From the NCBI GenBank assembly GCA_013265495.1, contig MU057744.1, forward strand, positions 994,001 through 1,058,000: 64,000 nt of DNA. The letters run 5' to 3'. Below, in pieces: positions 38,683 to 51,353 of this stretch. The notes below the pieces were generated by a model that did no database searches, was not told the DNA's origin, and was given only the letters and a program-made list of their open reading frames with translations. The stretch is from Vicugna vicugna. Taxonomy: Eukaryota. Every line of letters starts with the position of its first letter. Position 1 is the stretch's first letter. The position numbers and the translations under genes were made by a program.

Positions 38683-38842
38683 GGGGGGGGGGGTATAGCT
38701 CAAGTGGTAGAGCACGTGCTTAGCATGCATGAGGTCCTGGGTTCAATCCCCAGCACCTCCACCAAAGATAAACCTAATTACTTCTCCCTGTAAATAGAAT
38801 AATTAAATGATATAATAATAAATAAAATTAAATTATTAAAAA
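38683..38842 (+). mobile_element. tRNA-Ala-derived SINE with a near-intact tRNA head and a 13-bp TSD
   Basis: TSD aaa(t/c)ggtaataac at 38670-38682 and 38843-38855; head ggtatagctcaagtggtagagc...ggttcaatcccc. Confidence 0.93.
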
Positions 38843-41800
38843 AAACGGTAATAACAGACCTACCTTGTCTCCTGAGGAGAAAGCACAGTTCTCATTCATT
38901 CATTCATTGAGCAGACAGCTTTCAAGTTTCTACTGTTCAGCAACTCTGTGCTTGCCCCTTGACAGGCATCAAATGATAAGCCCTTTTTCCCCATTTCTGA
39001 TGAAAACGTCTCTGGTCCTAAGTCTCTCTCCTTCCCCAGGATTGTTTCTTCCCCCAGGCATCACCCAGTCTGTCCTTTCATGTGCACTGTTACGTGGCAG
39101 GTGTTTATAGCAGGGCGGGACAAAATGCATTTGATAGGAAAAGAGGCATGTTTCTCTGCTGAAGTCCTCAGCTAATTATAGTTTATGATTCTAAAAGGCA
39201 GCTTTAAACTCACGACTTTTGGCAGTTTGCATAGATTCCAGCTCGGTAAGAGGCTTATTATTTGTGTCGTGGCAAAAACAAAAGGAAAGTACCAATAGAT
39301 CTGTGGCACCTCGTGTGTTTTAAAACTAGCTGATAGATGGTCACCGTAGTCGCTCAGAGAAACAAGCTCATGCACTGGGAGGCTCAGAGGGGCTTCTTGG
39401 CCGCCTGCCTGATGCTCATTCCTCTTCTTGGTGCTGAAGGAGAAGACACTGCCGACTCTGAATCTCACAGAGGTTCATTACATGTGGACCTTCAGACACC
39501 AATGCACTTAATTCTGGACTTGGAGGTGGAGACCCCACTTTATTTTTCTGTAACTTAAAAAATACTTTTAAAGTATCCAAACAAACACAATAACTATAGA
39601 AAATTAGGAAATACTCCCTTGTTAACATTTTTGTTGTACCTACTTCCAGATTTTTTCCTGTTCCCCTGAGTGTGTGTATAACATGGATGTGAATGCCTGT
39701 ATTATTTGTTTTTACAAAAACTGAATTATACATACCCTTTGCTCAACTTTCTTCCCAACTTGACAGAATATTATTTTCATAATAAATAAGGGCAGAGAAA
39801 ATTGCACAGTTTCTTTCCCTCATTCCCCCTTTTACTGCAAAACTACCTACACCATTAGAAAGTCCTTTTTTTAAGTAAAATGTCCCACCATGTGGCCAAA
39901 GTCTTAGTTCTTTATACACCATTACTAATGGAGCTGAAGGATGACCTTCACTGTATTACATAGGAGTGTAATTCGACATTTTAAAACTCTCAGACACAGA
40001 GCACATTACAGAAGGCTGTGGGCCTGTTCTCAGGGTGTTTAAGGTGTAATGAGGAACAGCCCCTATAAGAAGACTGTACAGGACGTCTCACTGCAGGGCA
40101 GGGTCAGGAGGGGCAAATGAAGCGGTGGGACTTGAGCGAGACAGCGTCCCAGGCAGGAGCTGGGAGCGTTGTCTCTGAGGTGGGGGTTACGGGGTGGATG
40201 AAGTTCAGTAGCTAAAGGGAAGTTCCGCGAAAGGGAGAGAGAAGACTGACCGGGGGAAACATGGGAAAAGGCATGGATGAGATCTGCATCAATTTCCACC
40301 TGTGAAGCTGACAAAGTTTTCTGAAACCAATACTTGGTGCTGCTGAGGGCCATCACGAGCTCAGCTGGAGTGTAAATCGGTCCAGCGTTTATTCCCGGGA
40401 GCAGTCTGGGGCTTGAGCACTGACAGCCTTAAAATGCTCATACCTTTTGGCCTAATAATCCTATGACTGGTGAAGTGATTAAAGATGTGGCCAAAAATGT
40501 ACACGTAAGGGTCTGCATTGAATTGTTAATCCTGGTCACAGAAAGGTGGGAAGACCCTCAATGTTCATGTTTATACAAAGTTTATAATCATATATAATTT
40601 TTAAATTTTCTCTGCTGAGCGTATATTAGATTTTAAAAAATGTATTTAATTAGGCTTTAAAAGAAATGCAGGTTGTCTGCTTAGGCACCTGAGTCGTCCA
40701 GCTTGTCTGGAGCACAGATGATGCTCAAGGAAGTGATGGGCAGCCGGACAGGAGGAGTGGCAGGGTCAGCTCCAGGGGAGGCCCTGACGTGGTGGCTGCT
40801 TGGATAGAAGTCCGTAAGGACGCTGGGGGATTGCGAGTGTAAATAGGGGAACTGAGGTGCTTTGGGTGCACAGGGGGAGATGTACGTACTGGTTTGGGTT
40901 CTTGGGGTTGGCGGTGTCCTCTGGACAGCAAGAGGAGCTGTCCAGCTGTCAGTTCTGGAGCCAGGTTAGCGGGCAGCATCCACTGCACGCCCAGGGCTGT
41001 GCTGGGTCCTGCAGATGTGAAAAGAAAGGGTCTTCCGTTCTAGTTGGAGCACTTTGTGGAGGTTGCTGGGTGTGGAGGAGATGACCAGACGGACAGGATG
41101 TGGAAGGGGAGAGCCTCGGACTAAGACTAGGACTGGAGTCCCCCTGGTCCCTCCCAAGGACTCGGCAATGAGACAGGCGGGGATCTCAGCATGTCAGGCA
41201 GACCAGGGAAGGGACGCAGCTGGACGTGATAGGATGTGCCTGGGGATGTGGGGCTTGGCTGCCAGAAGGAACCTGCAGGGAAAACAGCCTGCAGTGCAGT
41301 AGACCGTGTCCAAAGGGGCAAGAGTCTCGGGCCCAGTTCCAGAGGCAGCCAGGTCCTAGGGGAGCTGCTGTGATGGGGCGTTCGCAGCAGCAGGAGGTCC
41401 AGGTGACCCTCAGAGTCGGGTAGGGGGTCTGCCTCTCCGGATTTCCCCACTCCATCAGAACTAGACCTTAGCCTACAGCTGGGGTGCAGGGAGCTGGGTC
41501 CTGCGGTGCTGAGGTTTGGCGGGAACGAGGCTGGGCCAGACGCCGCTCAAAGCCAAGGAAGATGAAGACCATGAGGAGGCACTGGAGGTGCAGGTCTTGA
41601 ATTCTCCTCCTCGCTAACTGTGAATAAGGGAGAATGAGAGATAGTGGCTTCAGCCAGTTATGAAGCCAGAGGCGGGCAGTTTGAAGTTCTTACTTTTTTA
41701 TGGCAGAGGAGCCCCGTATGTATGTGTAGATAAAGGAAAGAGACTCAGCAGGGACGGGTGGCTGGAGGTGAGGGCAAGAGAGGGGATACTTGATGAAACG

Positions 41801-42458
41801 CATCATGGAGGAGGTAGGAAGGAGGAGGCCCAAGGGCGTGCGTGAAGCCTGGCCAAGAGGAGGGAGGCCGGTTGATAAGTCTTCTCTGTACCAAATGGTA
41901 TGTTTGTAAATATAATTCCGTATTAGTTATCATAGAAATGTAACACCGCGAGAGAAAGTTGGGGAAACAAACGCAACCCCACCACATCAGCACCTTGGCT
42001 GTGGCTGTCTTGTACATCTCTCTCCACAGCTAAAGGAGCACAGAATTTCCCCCGGGTTTTACTGAGTTCCTAAATGCCTCATCTTGCATTTTCCGCTTAA
42101 CATGACAGCACAGACGTTGCCCAGGTGGCTACATAGGCGTCATAATTACTAAAATGATATTCCGTCAAGTAGTACAACAGTTTGTTTCCCTATTCCCCTC
42201 ACTTTGATTTTTAAGTTGTTTTTAAAAATGGGTATGGATGAGACTGTGATTAAAATGCTCGTATATGCATAGTTTATTTACATATTTTAAATGAGCTTCT
42301 TAGGCTGGATGCTCAGAAGCTGCAGTAATAGATCAAAGAGTATAAATACAATTTTCACGGGTTTTGTTATCTTTTAATTTGTACTTGCCTCCAGATTGCT
42401 GGTTCTCAACCTGACAGTCAGCAAAGTGACTCCCTTTTTCCCAGTTCTTAAACACATG

Positions 42459-42616
42459 ATTTTTTTTTCTTTTTTTTAGACTTTAAAAAAATTTTCCTTG
42501 GGGAGGGGGATAACTAGGTGCTATTTATTTATTTATTTAGCAGAGGGACTGGGGATTGAACCCAGGACCTCATGCATGCTAAGCATGCGCTCTACCATGG
42601 AGCTATACCCTCTCCC
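42459..42616 (-). mobile_element. tRNA-Ala-derived SINE, antisense
   Basis: ggggattgaacccaggacctcatgcatgctaagcatgcgctctaccatggagctataccc. Confidence 0.92.
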
Positions 42617-43625
42617 GCCTTTTCCACAATTCTTTACTTTCCTAAATTGGGAAGCCCGTGGCTCAGTGTAGTAAAGGTCACATAACCTCTCAGAATTTTC
42701 CAAGCTGGTGATCTCCAGGCGTCGCCTTTGGCTGCTAATATCCCTCGCCAGAGGTTAGGAGATACAGTGCCTAGATTCTTAAATTTGCAGAATTGAAGTC
42801 ACTTGGGTGGCCATGCTGCACAGACCCTGTTTACAACTTTATTATAACTGACTTGCCTCTTACCTCCTGGCCTCTCACGTCTAACCTGCTTACCGCTTAC
42901 CTCCTGGCGGAGCCAGAAGTGACTGATGGGAGAGGGCGGCCCTTCCTCCTGGCGGGGCCGCTTTCCCCGGGAGGCTGAGCTCGAAGCCACTTGCTCGCCC
43001 AGCCCCCTGCACGCACCTCAAGGCGCTGGCTCCACTTCAGAGGCATCCCCGTGGGTGAAGAAAACACAGATAAAGGCAAAGGGATGATAAGGTGGCCATA
43101 AATTTAAAAAGTAAGTTTTCTGGCATTATCCCTTATCACTTATTTTCAAATATGCACAGGAAGTGGATAGTTCAATTTCCATGTTTTTTTAAAAGACATT
43201 TGAGAGACTTGTGCAATCCTTGACACCCTAACATGCTGTGTTTGGCATTCAAAACCTGTCAGGGCCAGCTTGTAAGTTAGAAGGGGCCAGGGTTGAGGTG
43301 TGGATGAGGACGGAGTCTGGCCCCCGCGGGACGGGCGCCCTGCCCATGGAGGGAGCTCTGCCCCGTGGAGCCCTGGTTCTGGCCAGCAGTCTCACAGACG
43401 CACATCACAGGCCACAGAGGCGCTCAGGGAGCGGGGAGAACTGACTTTGTGAAATCTTCCCACTGCTTCCAGCCAGGTAGCTGTAAAGAACACCAGGTCG
43501 TTGGTGCGTATCTAGAAATGGGTGGCCTGCAGGATTCCTCTGTCACAGTCGTGCTGACACTGTCCACCAGGCAGCTGGAGAACAGAGGACGGAGGAGACA
43601 GACGCTGTCTCGGGCCCCTCACTGA

Positions 43626-44036
<411 letters not shown>

Positions 44037-45710
44037 CACCTGCGCCTCCTCCCCAGCCCCTCAGGGCCGAGGCAGCCCGGGTTAGGGAGCAGTGGGGGGA
44101 GGGCACGGCTCAGCCGCAGAGCACACGCTTAGCGTGATTAGGTCCTGGGTTCAACCCCAGGGCCTCCTGTAAATAGTTAAACCTGATTACCTGCCCCACC
44201 CCCCGCCGAAAAAAAGGAGCGATGAGAATCCATCCTTGTTTAAGTTGAGGATAAGGACGTGGAACAGCAGACACTGGTTTTCCCCAAAGCTGGTGGTTTT
44301 GTGCAGGGGTGGGGTATGTTTCTGGTGGCGGATTTTCCTTTAGTTTTGCACATCTGTTTTAATTTAACATTTGAATCTGGAAAAACTGGGAAAAATATGT
44401 CATAGGCTCCTCCAGGGACCAGGGCCAAAGCCTGCAATCAGAGTGGACTCATGTGTGGTGCGATGGAAATAAAAGTGCCCTCTCCCTTAAATACTGCTGA
44501 CCGCTGAAATCAGAACCAAGATTCGTGGTGGCCCCAGACAGTCGTCCTGCACAAGGGCCGCTGTGACGGGGGGCACTCCCACGGCTCAGAAGGACGCGGC
44601 ACAGAGGGGTCACCCAACAGCCTGTCACTTTCCTTGCTGTAAAGGACGCAGGCGGACTGACAGCCTGTTACGTTGTGTGGCGATGCCCCTCAGACCCCAC
44701 GTGCCGTCTTTCTTGCTCAGACACTCGTGTAGTCTCTACACGATCAAAGAGGCCGTCACTCGGGTGTCTCTGAAGGAAGCGCAAAGCCCAGTGGCTGCTG
44801 GGAGGGCGGAGTCAGGAATTGGCAGCGTGAGCAGGGCCCCGGGAGGGCGTGACAGGGAGTCCACCAAGGCCCTCTCGGCGCCCGTGGCCTTTTAAAAACT
44901 AGTTCAATATTTACTTTCACATCTTTTCTATCAGGCTGTTTCACCCCTGAGAGGAAGCTCAGTTAAGAAACAAATAAAAATCACCTGGCCCGTGGGTGGA
45001 GTGGAATTCCCTCAGCACCCATTTACCCAGCTGAAAACAGGGCCCAGCGACACCACGCGGCACGCTAGCCGAGGAGGGGGGCTCCTTCACGGTGATGCTC
45101 GGTGGGAAACTGTGCGTTAAAATCCAGATTTTAAAGGATCTTAAACCAAGTGGAAAATCGGGTCCCGAGAATCTCCAGTGTTCTTCTCCGAGGGTTTCCT
45201 GTAGAAGGTGTCGGGGACGGGAGAGTTTGTTACTAGGCAGATGAGATTTTCTAGGTTTGGGGGGAAGAAAAGAGAGAAGCTGTGGTCTCCCCAACGCTTT
45301 CCTGGAAGTGCCATTTGGTTTTGCCGGGGCTTTAGAAAATTAAGGCACATCGTCCAATTTAGGAGGATTCCATGATTAAAATAAGCAAAAATGATGAATA
45401 ACATCGATCAGAGTACAAGAAAGAGTAGGATTAATGCCAAAGAAAGTTGTTTTCTAAACCACTGACTTCCTTTTCCACTGACGGTTACAGAGGGGTTTTA
45501 GGAGGTTGCCAGGAAGCAGCCTCACCATCGAATGTGGACTCTAAACTCGCAGAATTACCACTGACCCGTCACTTCTGGTTCAGTCAGCGACAGTCACACC
45601 GAGCTCATCCCCTCTTGTCAGAGTTATCAGATAAGTGTCAGGCTTATCAAAAGATGGGCTAAAAGTAACAGCCACTAATAAAATGTAGAGATTGTTAAAA
45701 CAGATTCTTT
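44037..45710 (+). other. EDARADD: Probable EDARADD 3' UTR (3' end uncertain)
   Basis: Follows the stop codon. AATAAA at 44468, 44973, 45677, 46387 and 47474; the end shown assumes the 45677 signal, which is followed by a U-rich stretch. Confidence 0.5.
44094..44215 (+). mobile_element. tRNA-Ala-derived SINE in the EDARADD 3' UTR
   Basis: ggggagggcacggctcagccgcagagcacacgcttagcgtg...ggtcctgggttcaacccc, then taaacctgattacctgcccc. Confidence 0.88.
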
Positions 45711-48700
45711 TTCAATTTGATGCCTGCGGAAGTGGCTGTTCAGTGTTCATTGTCAGCTGTGTTCCGGGCGCCCTGCAGAACTTGGAAGGGGGCCCTCATC
45801 TTGCAGGAATTTGATTCTGTGCCCCGTGTTCTTGTCAAGCTGCACGTGACCAGTTCTCTGTTGGCCCAGAGAGTGCTGTGGGGAAGTATAAGTGAGCTCT
45901 TGGCATTTATTATCGACAGTTTAGGGACGTGGGACTGAAGGGGTGTGGTTATGCAGTGTCTTGTGTCCGAGGCTCATGGCTCCTGGTGTCCTGACACCAC
46001 CTTGGGGTAGAAGGAGCAGGTCCCAGCCTGACCGATATTTTGCTAATGCTGCCCGGCCGGTGCCACCAGAAAGCCCCTTCCCTCACCCCCATACCCCACC
46101 GTCATCCCGTGGAGGGAGGGTGGGAAGGTGTCCCCTATATCCAAAGACTTCTGCCTCTGCCAGAGGGCAGCCTGGGAGGAGGGGGTGGAAGCCACCGCCA
46201 CCCCCACCACCCTGCTCTCCCTCCCCTGCGCCCTGGCACTCCCCTGGCCTCCCAAGTCCCCGGCTCAGGGCGGCCCTGCTCTGCGGGAGCCACGGCGGGC
46301 CCCAGGGCCCCTCTCAGTGGTGGGAAGAGCCACGGAGGAGGTGGGCTGCTGACTCCCTCCAGTAGGGCCCCAGCTGCAAGGACAAAAATAAAAACCAGTT
46401 CCTAACACCCCAGAGTTAACGTTCAGAAAACGTGATGCAAATTTTCTCGTGGAGACATTGTTATACGTGGTGATGAGGTTCTGTACTTACAAAATTCGTG
46501 AATTCTCAGCTTTTTCTCAGTGGGCTGACTTGTGAAGACTGGTCCCTCTTGGCACTGCCTCTAAGGGATGTGTTTTCAAAATTCCGAACTTAAGATTTCA
46601 GTCTCAAAACTGATGTTAAACAGAACTTACCACAGATACCTTGAGCATGGCTATTGCTCACACGGGTCAGCAGAACCTACCTTTGAGTTGGACTGGAAGT
46701 GTTAAGACGCACAGAATCCAGGTGGGTCAGATGGGGGCAGAGCTGAAGATGCTCCTTACATTCAGGAAACTCAGGAAAACCGTGAGGCCACAGAGCACCA
46801 CCCGCTGGTGTCTCCGCGTGGCAGCGTTAGTTCCCAAGTCCTGGTGGCTAATGGTCTCCACCTCTGGTTATGAAGGCTTGGAGTCCCATTGCGATCGCGT
46901 GGCGGGGTGCAGGGTGGCAGGGACTGTTCTAGGGCTCGCCTGGCTTGGCAGGACTGCCCGTCGACACTCGGGGTGACTTGTAAGGACGAGCCCTCCATTT
47001 CTGCGCCATTGAACACTTACTCAGTGATAGGAGACTGTCCTAGGCAAGAGGCGCCTTGAGGTGGCACTGCCCTCTGCTGGAGGCCAGCATCCCCACATGT
47101 CCTTTCCGACTCGGCCAAGACCAGCCCCTAAGCCACCGTCTTCCTGTTAGTCACCGGCTGTATGACAGACCCCTCGGAAGCGGCCCCCCGAAAGGTGGGA
47201 GAGGCAGTTGTTTCACACGTCGAGGCATGTACGTGGACCGAGGCCGGCACAGCTGAGGGGCGGGTTCCCGCCCCCGAAGGTGCGCGTCACGCAGGTGAAA
47301 CGTGTACCAGCCAGCTCTGGTTGTGGTTCCTCGCCTGGGAATCCTGCCTCAGCAGCAGCAGGGCTTCTCCTCCGTGGAGGTCCCGCGTTCGCCGTCTGTG
47401 GCTGTTTGGTCTCTTCCACTTTCAGCGTGCTGATGCCCCGCCGTTAGCACCATGAGAACGGGGGCTTCCACGTAATAAAGCGGCAGAGGGCCGGGTCTCC
47501 CCTAGTCACCGCGGACGCCAGCCCGGAGCGCCGGCCTTTCCTCCTCCCGAGATGCATGAGAGGAAAACACGCTGTTTTATATAAGGTATTAATAACTAAG
47601 ATCCAGCAGCTTTTCTTTCCCCTTTTCAGGTAAGGAGATACGTCTCATGTCGTTTTGGGCCAGGACTCCCCTCCCTGTGACACTTGCCCACCCCCGCCCT
47701 CCCCGCCCTGTGCTTTCCTCTCCTTCGGCCCTTTGTGCTGCTTGTTTCAGGGCGTGGGCTCAGTGCTTGGTCGGGTCTCTTCTCTGTGCCCGCAGCCCCC
47801 TCTCTCCCGGCCGCGGGCTGCTCCGCTTCCTTTTTCCGCGTCCCCCTGCAGAGACCAGTTGTTGGGTTGTCTCACAGTTTGTGACCCTCTTGGCCCGATC
47901 ATGGTGAAACTGTTTTCTGCCCTTGTAACTGAGACAGACTTAACTGCGTGTCCCCAAGGCTGTGACTGAGAGACATTCTCCCTCTTTGTTCTGCAACTTC
48001 CTGCTTGGGAATTCAGACTCCACCTTCTGGACCCTGTGCACTTGGCGATGAATGGAGGAGGGCAAGTCTCACTTCCTTTGTGTTTGGAGGTCGGGCCCGT
48101 GATGCTCGGTCTGCTGGGGCCTCCGGGTGAGTGGGGGCCTGCCCTGGCCATCTGCACCCCTTAGAGGAAGACCTGCCGCCCAGGAGGAGGCAGCCGCGTT
48201 TAGCTGAGGAGGCCTCCTGGAAACCAGCTCCTCCGTTGGGAATTGAAAAGATCAAAGCAGTGACGGCGCCACTGGAAATGAAATGATTGAGTTCATCGGC
48301 CTTTTCTGGAAATGGAAGAGGGCGGCTTCTCCTGACTTCCTGAGCCGCTCCATGCTCTTGTGTTTCACGTGACAGCCGGTGGCCGTTTCCCAGAGGCCTG
48401 CCCGCAGCAGCTTCGCGGAGGACAGGCCAGCCACCGGGAGCGGCGCTTTAGTAGCTGCTGACTTGTGGTGATGCTCCATGTTTCCATGTCCTCGTGCTGC
48501 GCTTCTCAAGCTGCCTTCATTTTGATCTCCTGTATGATTTTGTATGTTTCTCTATGAACAGAGGTTATTTTCCACTGTGATAATGGGTGCTACAAAATTA
48601 AATGGATGTCCACCACTCTCTCTAGTCCGTGCCTATACGTAGCTTCCAGCGCAGTCATGGATTCGTGTGTTCTCTTGGTCAGTCATCAGTCAGAAACCTA

Positions 48701-50192
48701 GTGACTTTCTAACCCATGTCCCGGGGGTGCAGAGATAAGCAACACCTTCCTACCCTGAAGGAGCCTTAGATGAGAGGGTCGCCGTCCACAGCAGGACACG
48801 TTCCTGGGGAGAGAGCCGCTCCCATCCAGGAATGGGCAGAGCTGAGCCAGCATCACTGAGGGAGGAGGAAAGACAGGTAAACAAGCAGGTGGTGAAGTAC
48901 GTCGGTGCTGTCACGTCTGTGTGTGAGGGGCCGAGCGTGTCCGCTGAGCCGCCAGACTCCCAGCTACCAGCTCGACATCTCCACGCGGAGGCTTCCCGGG
49001 CGCCTCCAGCCCGGCCCATCCTAATCGGAACTGTGACTTCCTTCCAAACGTGTTCCTCCCCAGAGCTCCCGATCTGACCGTCAGCCTTGTTGTTAAGCCA
49101 TCCTCAAGACCTGCCTCCTTCTCTCTCTCTTCCACCTCCCAAGCATCGCCTGTCTCTTCCCTCCCTGACCTCACGCCCAGCCTAACCCAGGCAGCCGCCC
49201 TTCCTCCCACGTGCCTCCGCACAGCGGATGGACCCTGTCGTCCCCACATGAACGCCTTCCACGGGGGTCACTGAAGATAACGTCCCCGATCGTCAGCACG
49301 GCCTTGTGTGCCTTGTCACCCTGCTCCACTCTCCTGCAGGTCCCGGGCTTCAGGGTCCCCATGGCCAACATTCTCGCTCTGTCACAGCTTCACTGCGCAC
49401 TGCCTCCTCCGCCCTGTCCACACCCCAGCGACACCCTTCCTGAACCACCGTCCTTCCAGTTCTCACCTTTAACACCACTTTCTCGGAGGAATCGCACCTG
49501 CCTCCCAGACTCGGTTGTCTTCCTAGTACCTACCCCACGGCGCTCATCACGGTAGCAGTAACCCGGTTGCTGGTGTCATCCCTGCGAGGCTGCAGACCCC
49601 AGAGGACAGGGCTTGCTCGCTGTTCACACTGTATTGTCAGCACTAAGCAGCCTAGAAGCGATTCAAAATACGCCGAAAGAATGAATTGGATCTCAGGAAT
49701 TAGTAAAGGCTCAGATAAAACAGACCCCCCCCCTTTTTTTAAAACAATATCATGGCCCTTGAGGAGGCAAAATGTTATAAATAGAAAATACAAAATGAGG
49801 GGTTTTATATACCAAACCGTGAATACCTATGGTGCATGGGGAGCTTTGATGGTAATGAAGTTCATCCCCTTCTATTCATTTTCTGGGCTTAAAAGGTCAA
49901 AGCAAAAATGTTCTGGAATTAGATGGTATTGAATCTTGTACGACGCTGTGAATAGACTGACGGCCGCTGAATTGTACACTTTAAAATGCTTGCCGTAGTG
50001 AATTTTATGTTACGTGAATTGTAACCCAATCGGAAAAAAAAATCCCGGCTGTCCCCACAGGGGAAAGTGGGACAAAAGAGCAGCCCCTGAAGTGGGGGTA
50101 GCCTGCGGCTGGGGCGGAGGGCCAGGAGCGGTGAGACAGGAAGACGCTGGTTTTGACCGCCAGTGAGTCCCACCAAGCAGCGTGCCTTCCAT

Positions 50193-50292
50193 CTTTTGCT
50201 TTTTAATTATTTTAATGGAGGCACTGGGGATTGAGCCCAGGACCTCCTGTATGCTGAGCCCCTGCTCCACCACTGAGCTGTCCCCTCCCCCT
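50193..50292 (-). mobile_element. tRNA-Ala-derived SINE, antisense, short tail
   Basis: ttaatggaggcactggggattgagcccaggacctcctgtatgctgagc...ccactgagctgtcccctcccc. Confidence 0.88.
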
Positions 50293-50682
50293 CCCATCCC
50301 CTCTGAAGCCGCCTCTTCCTCTGGGGCCCTCAGCGGTGCACTCTCCTTCCCTAGCCTTCTCACGGCACACTCAGCCTTCCCGGCTTCAATCGCCCCCTCT
50401 GTGCTGGGAACCCATTATTTTATTTCTTAGCCCAGTTCGCCTCCTATGCCTCCTATACCTGCCTGCCTTGTCCAGTGGAAGTCCCAGGTGCTTCAGACAC
50501 ATCTAAAACACAGACATCCTCCCCTGCCTCCCCATCTGCTCCTCCCTGTAAGTTACCTGTCTCCGTGCAGAGTGCTCATTTAGTCCAGCGAGAACCCGGG
50601 GACTTGAGCTGGGCGTTGCCCTCCTTCGTGACCACGTGCTGTCCATCACCAGGTCTGTCGACCCTGCTCAGGCTCCACCACC

Positions 50683-51138
50683 CGGACCAGCCGTGGCTCA
50701 GCTCCTCTTGCCTGGCCTATTGCCAGAACCATAACCCGTCTCCCACCCCCCTGATTTCCCTTTGCACCCCACCACCTGCTTCTCAGATCATCATACCTCT
50801 GCTGGGGTGAACCGAAGTTACAATCAGGTCAAATTACTGCCCTGCTCGAGCTCCTGGGATGGCTTCCCCTGTGCCTCCCCCCCCCTCCCCCCCCCCCCCC
50901 CCCCCCCAAAAAAACTCCCCGACCCCGCAAACCAAAGAACGGACCAGCCGTGGCTCAGCTCCTCTTGCCTGGCCTATTGCCAGAACCATAACCCGTCTCC
51001 CACCCCCCTGATTTCCCTTTGCACCCCACCACCTGCTTCTCAGATCATCATACCTCTGCTGGGGTGAACCGAAGTTACAATCAGGTCAAATTACTGCCCT
51101 GCTCGAGCTCCTGGGATGGCTTCCCCTGTGCCTCCCCC
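50683..51138. repeat. Direct duplication: 50683-50881 reads identical to 50940-51138 (199 bp, period 257)
   Basis: Base-by-base identity by eye; the ORF track repeats DQPWLSSSCLAYCQNHNPSPTPLISLCTPPPASQIIIPLLG. Confidence 0.95.
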
Positions 51139-51353
51139 ACCTTCCCACCCACCACCCCCCGCCAAATAAATTCGCTGACCCGTATACACGAACGAGACGG
51201 TTGCCACTCTTTCTAGGGATGTGATATATGCTTGTCCTGAGCACATAGATCGTGACTATTCCAGCAGTCGTGATGAAGCCTCATTGCCAACTGTAGCCTA
51301 AGTATACACTTTAAAGACTCATGTTGAAACTCAGTTTAAAAACTCAGTCCAAG

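Noticed and set aside
46157..46170. CTCF-like motif CTGCCAGAGGGCAG
   Set aside because: A single imperfect match in GC-rich DNA; unsupported without ChIP or conservation data.
44240..46400. ENO1 processed pseudogene, which I recall in the human EDARADD 3' region
   Set aside because: No enolase-like peptide appears in the ORF track or by eye here.
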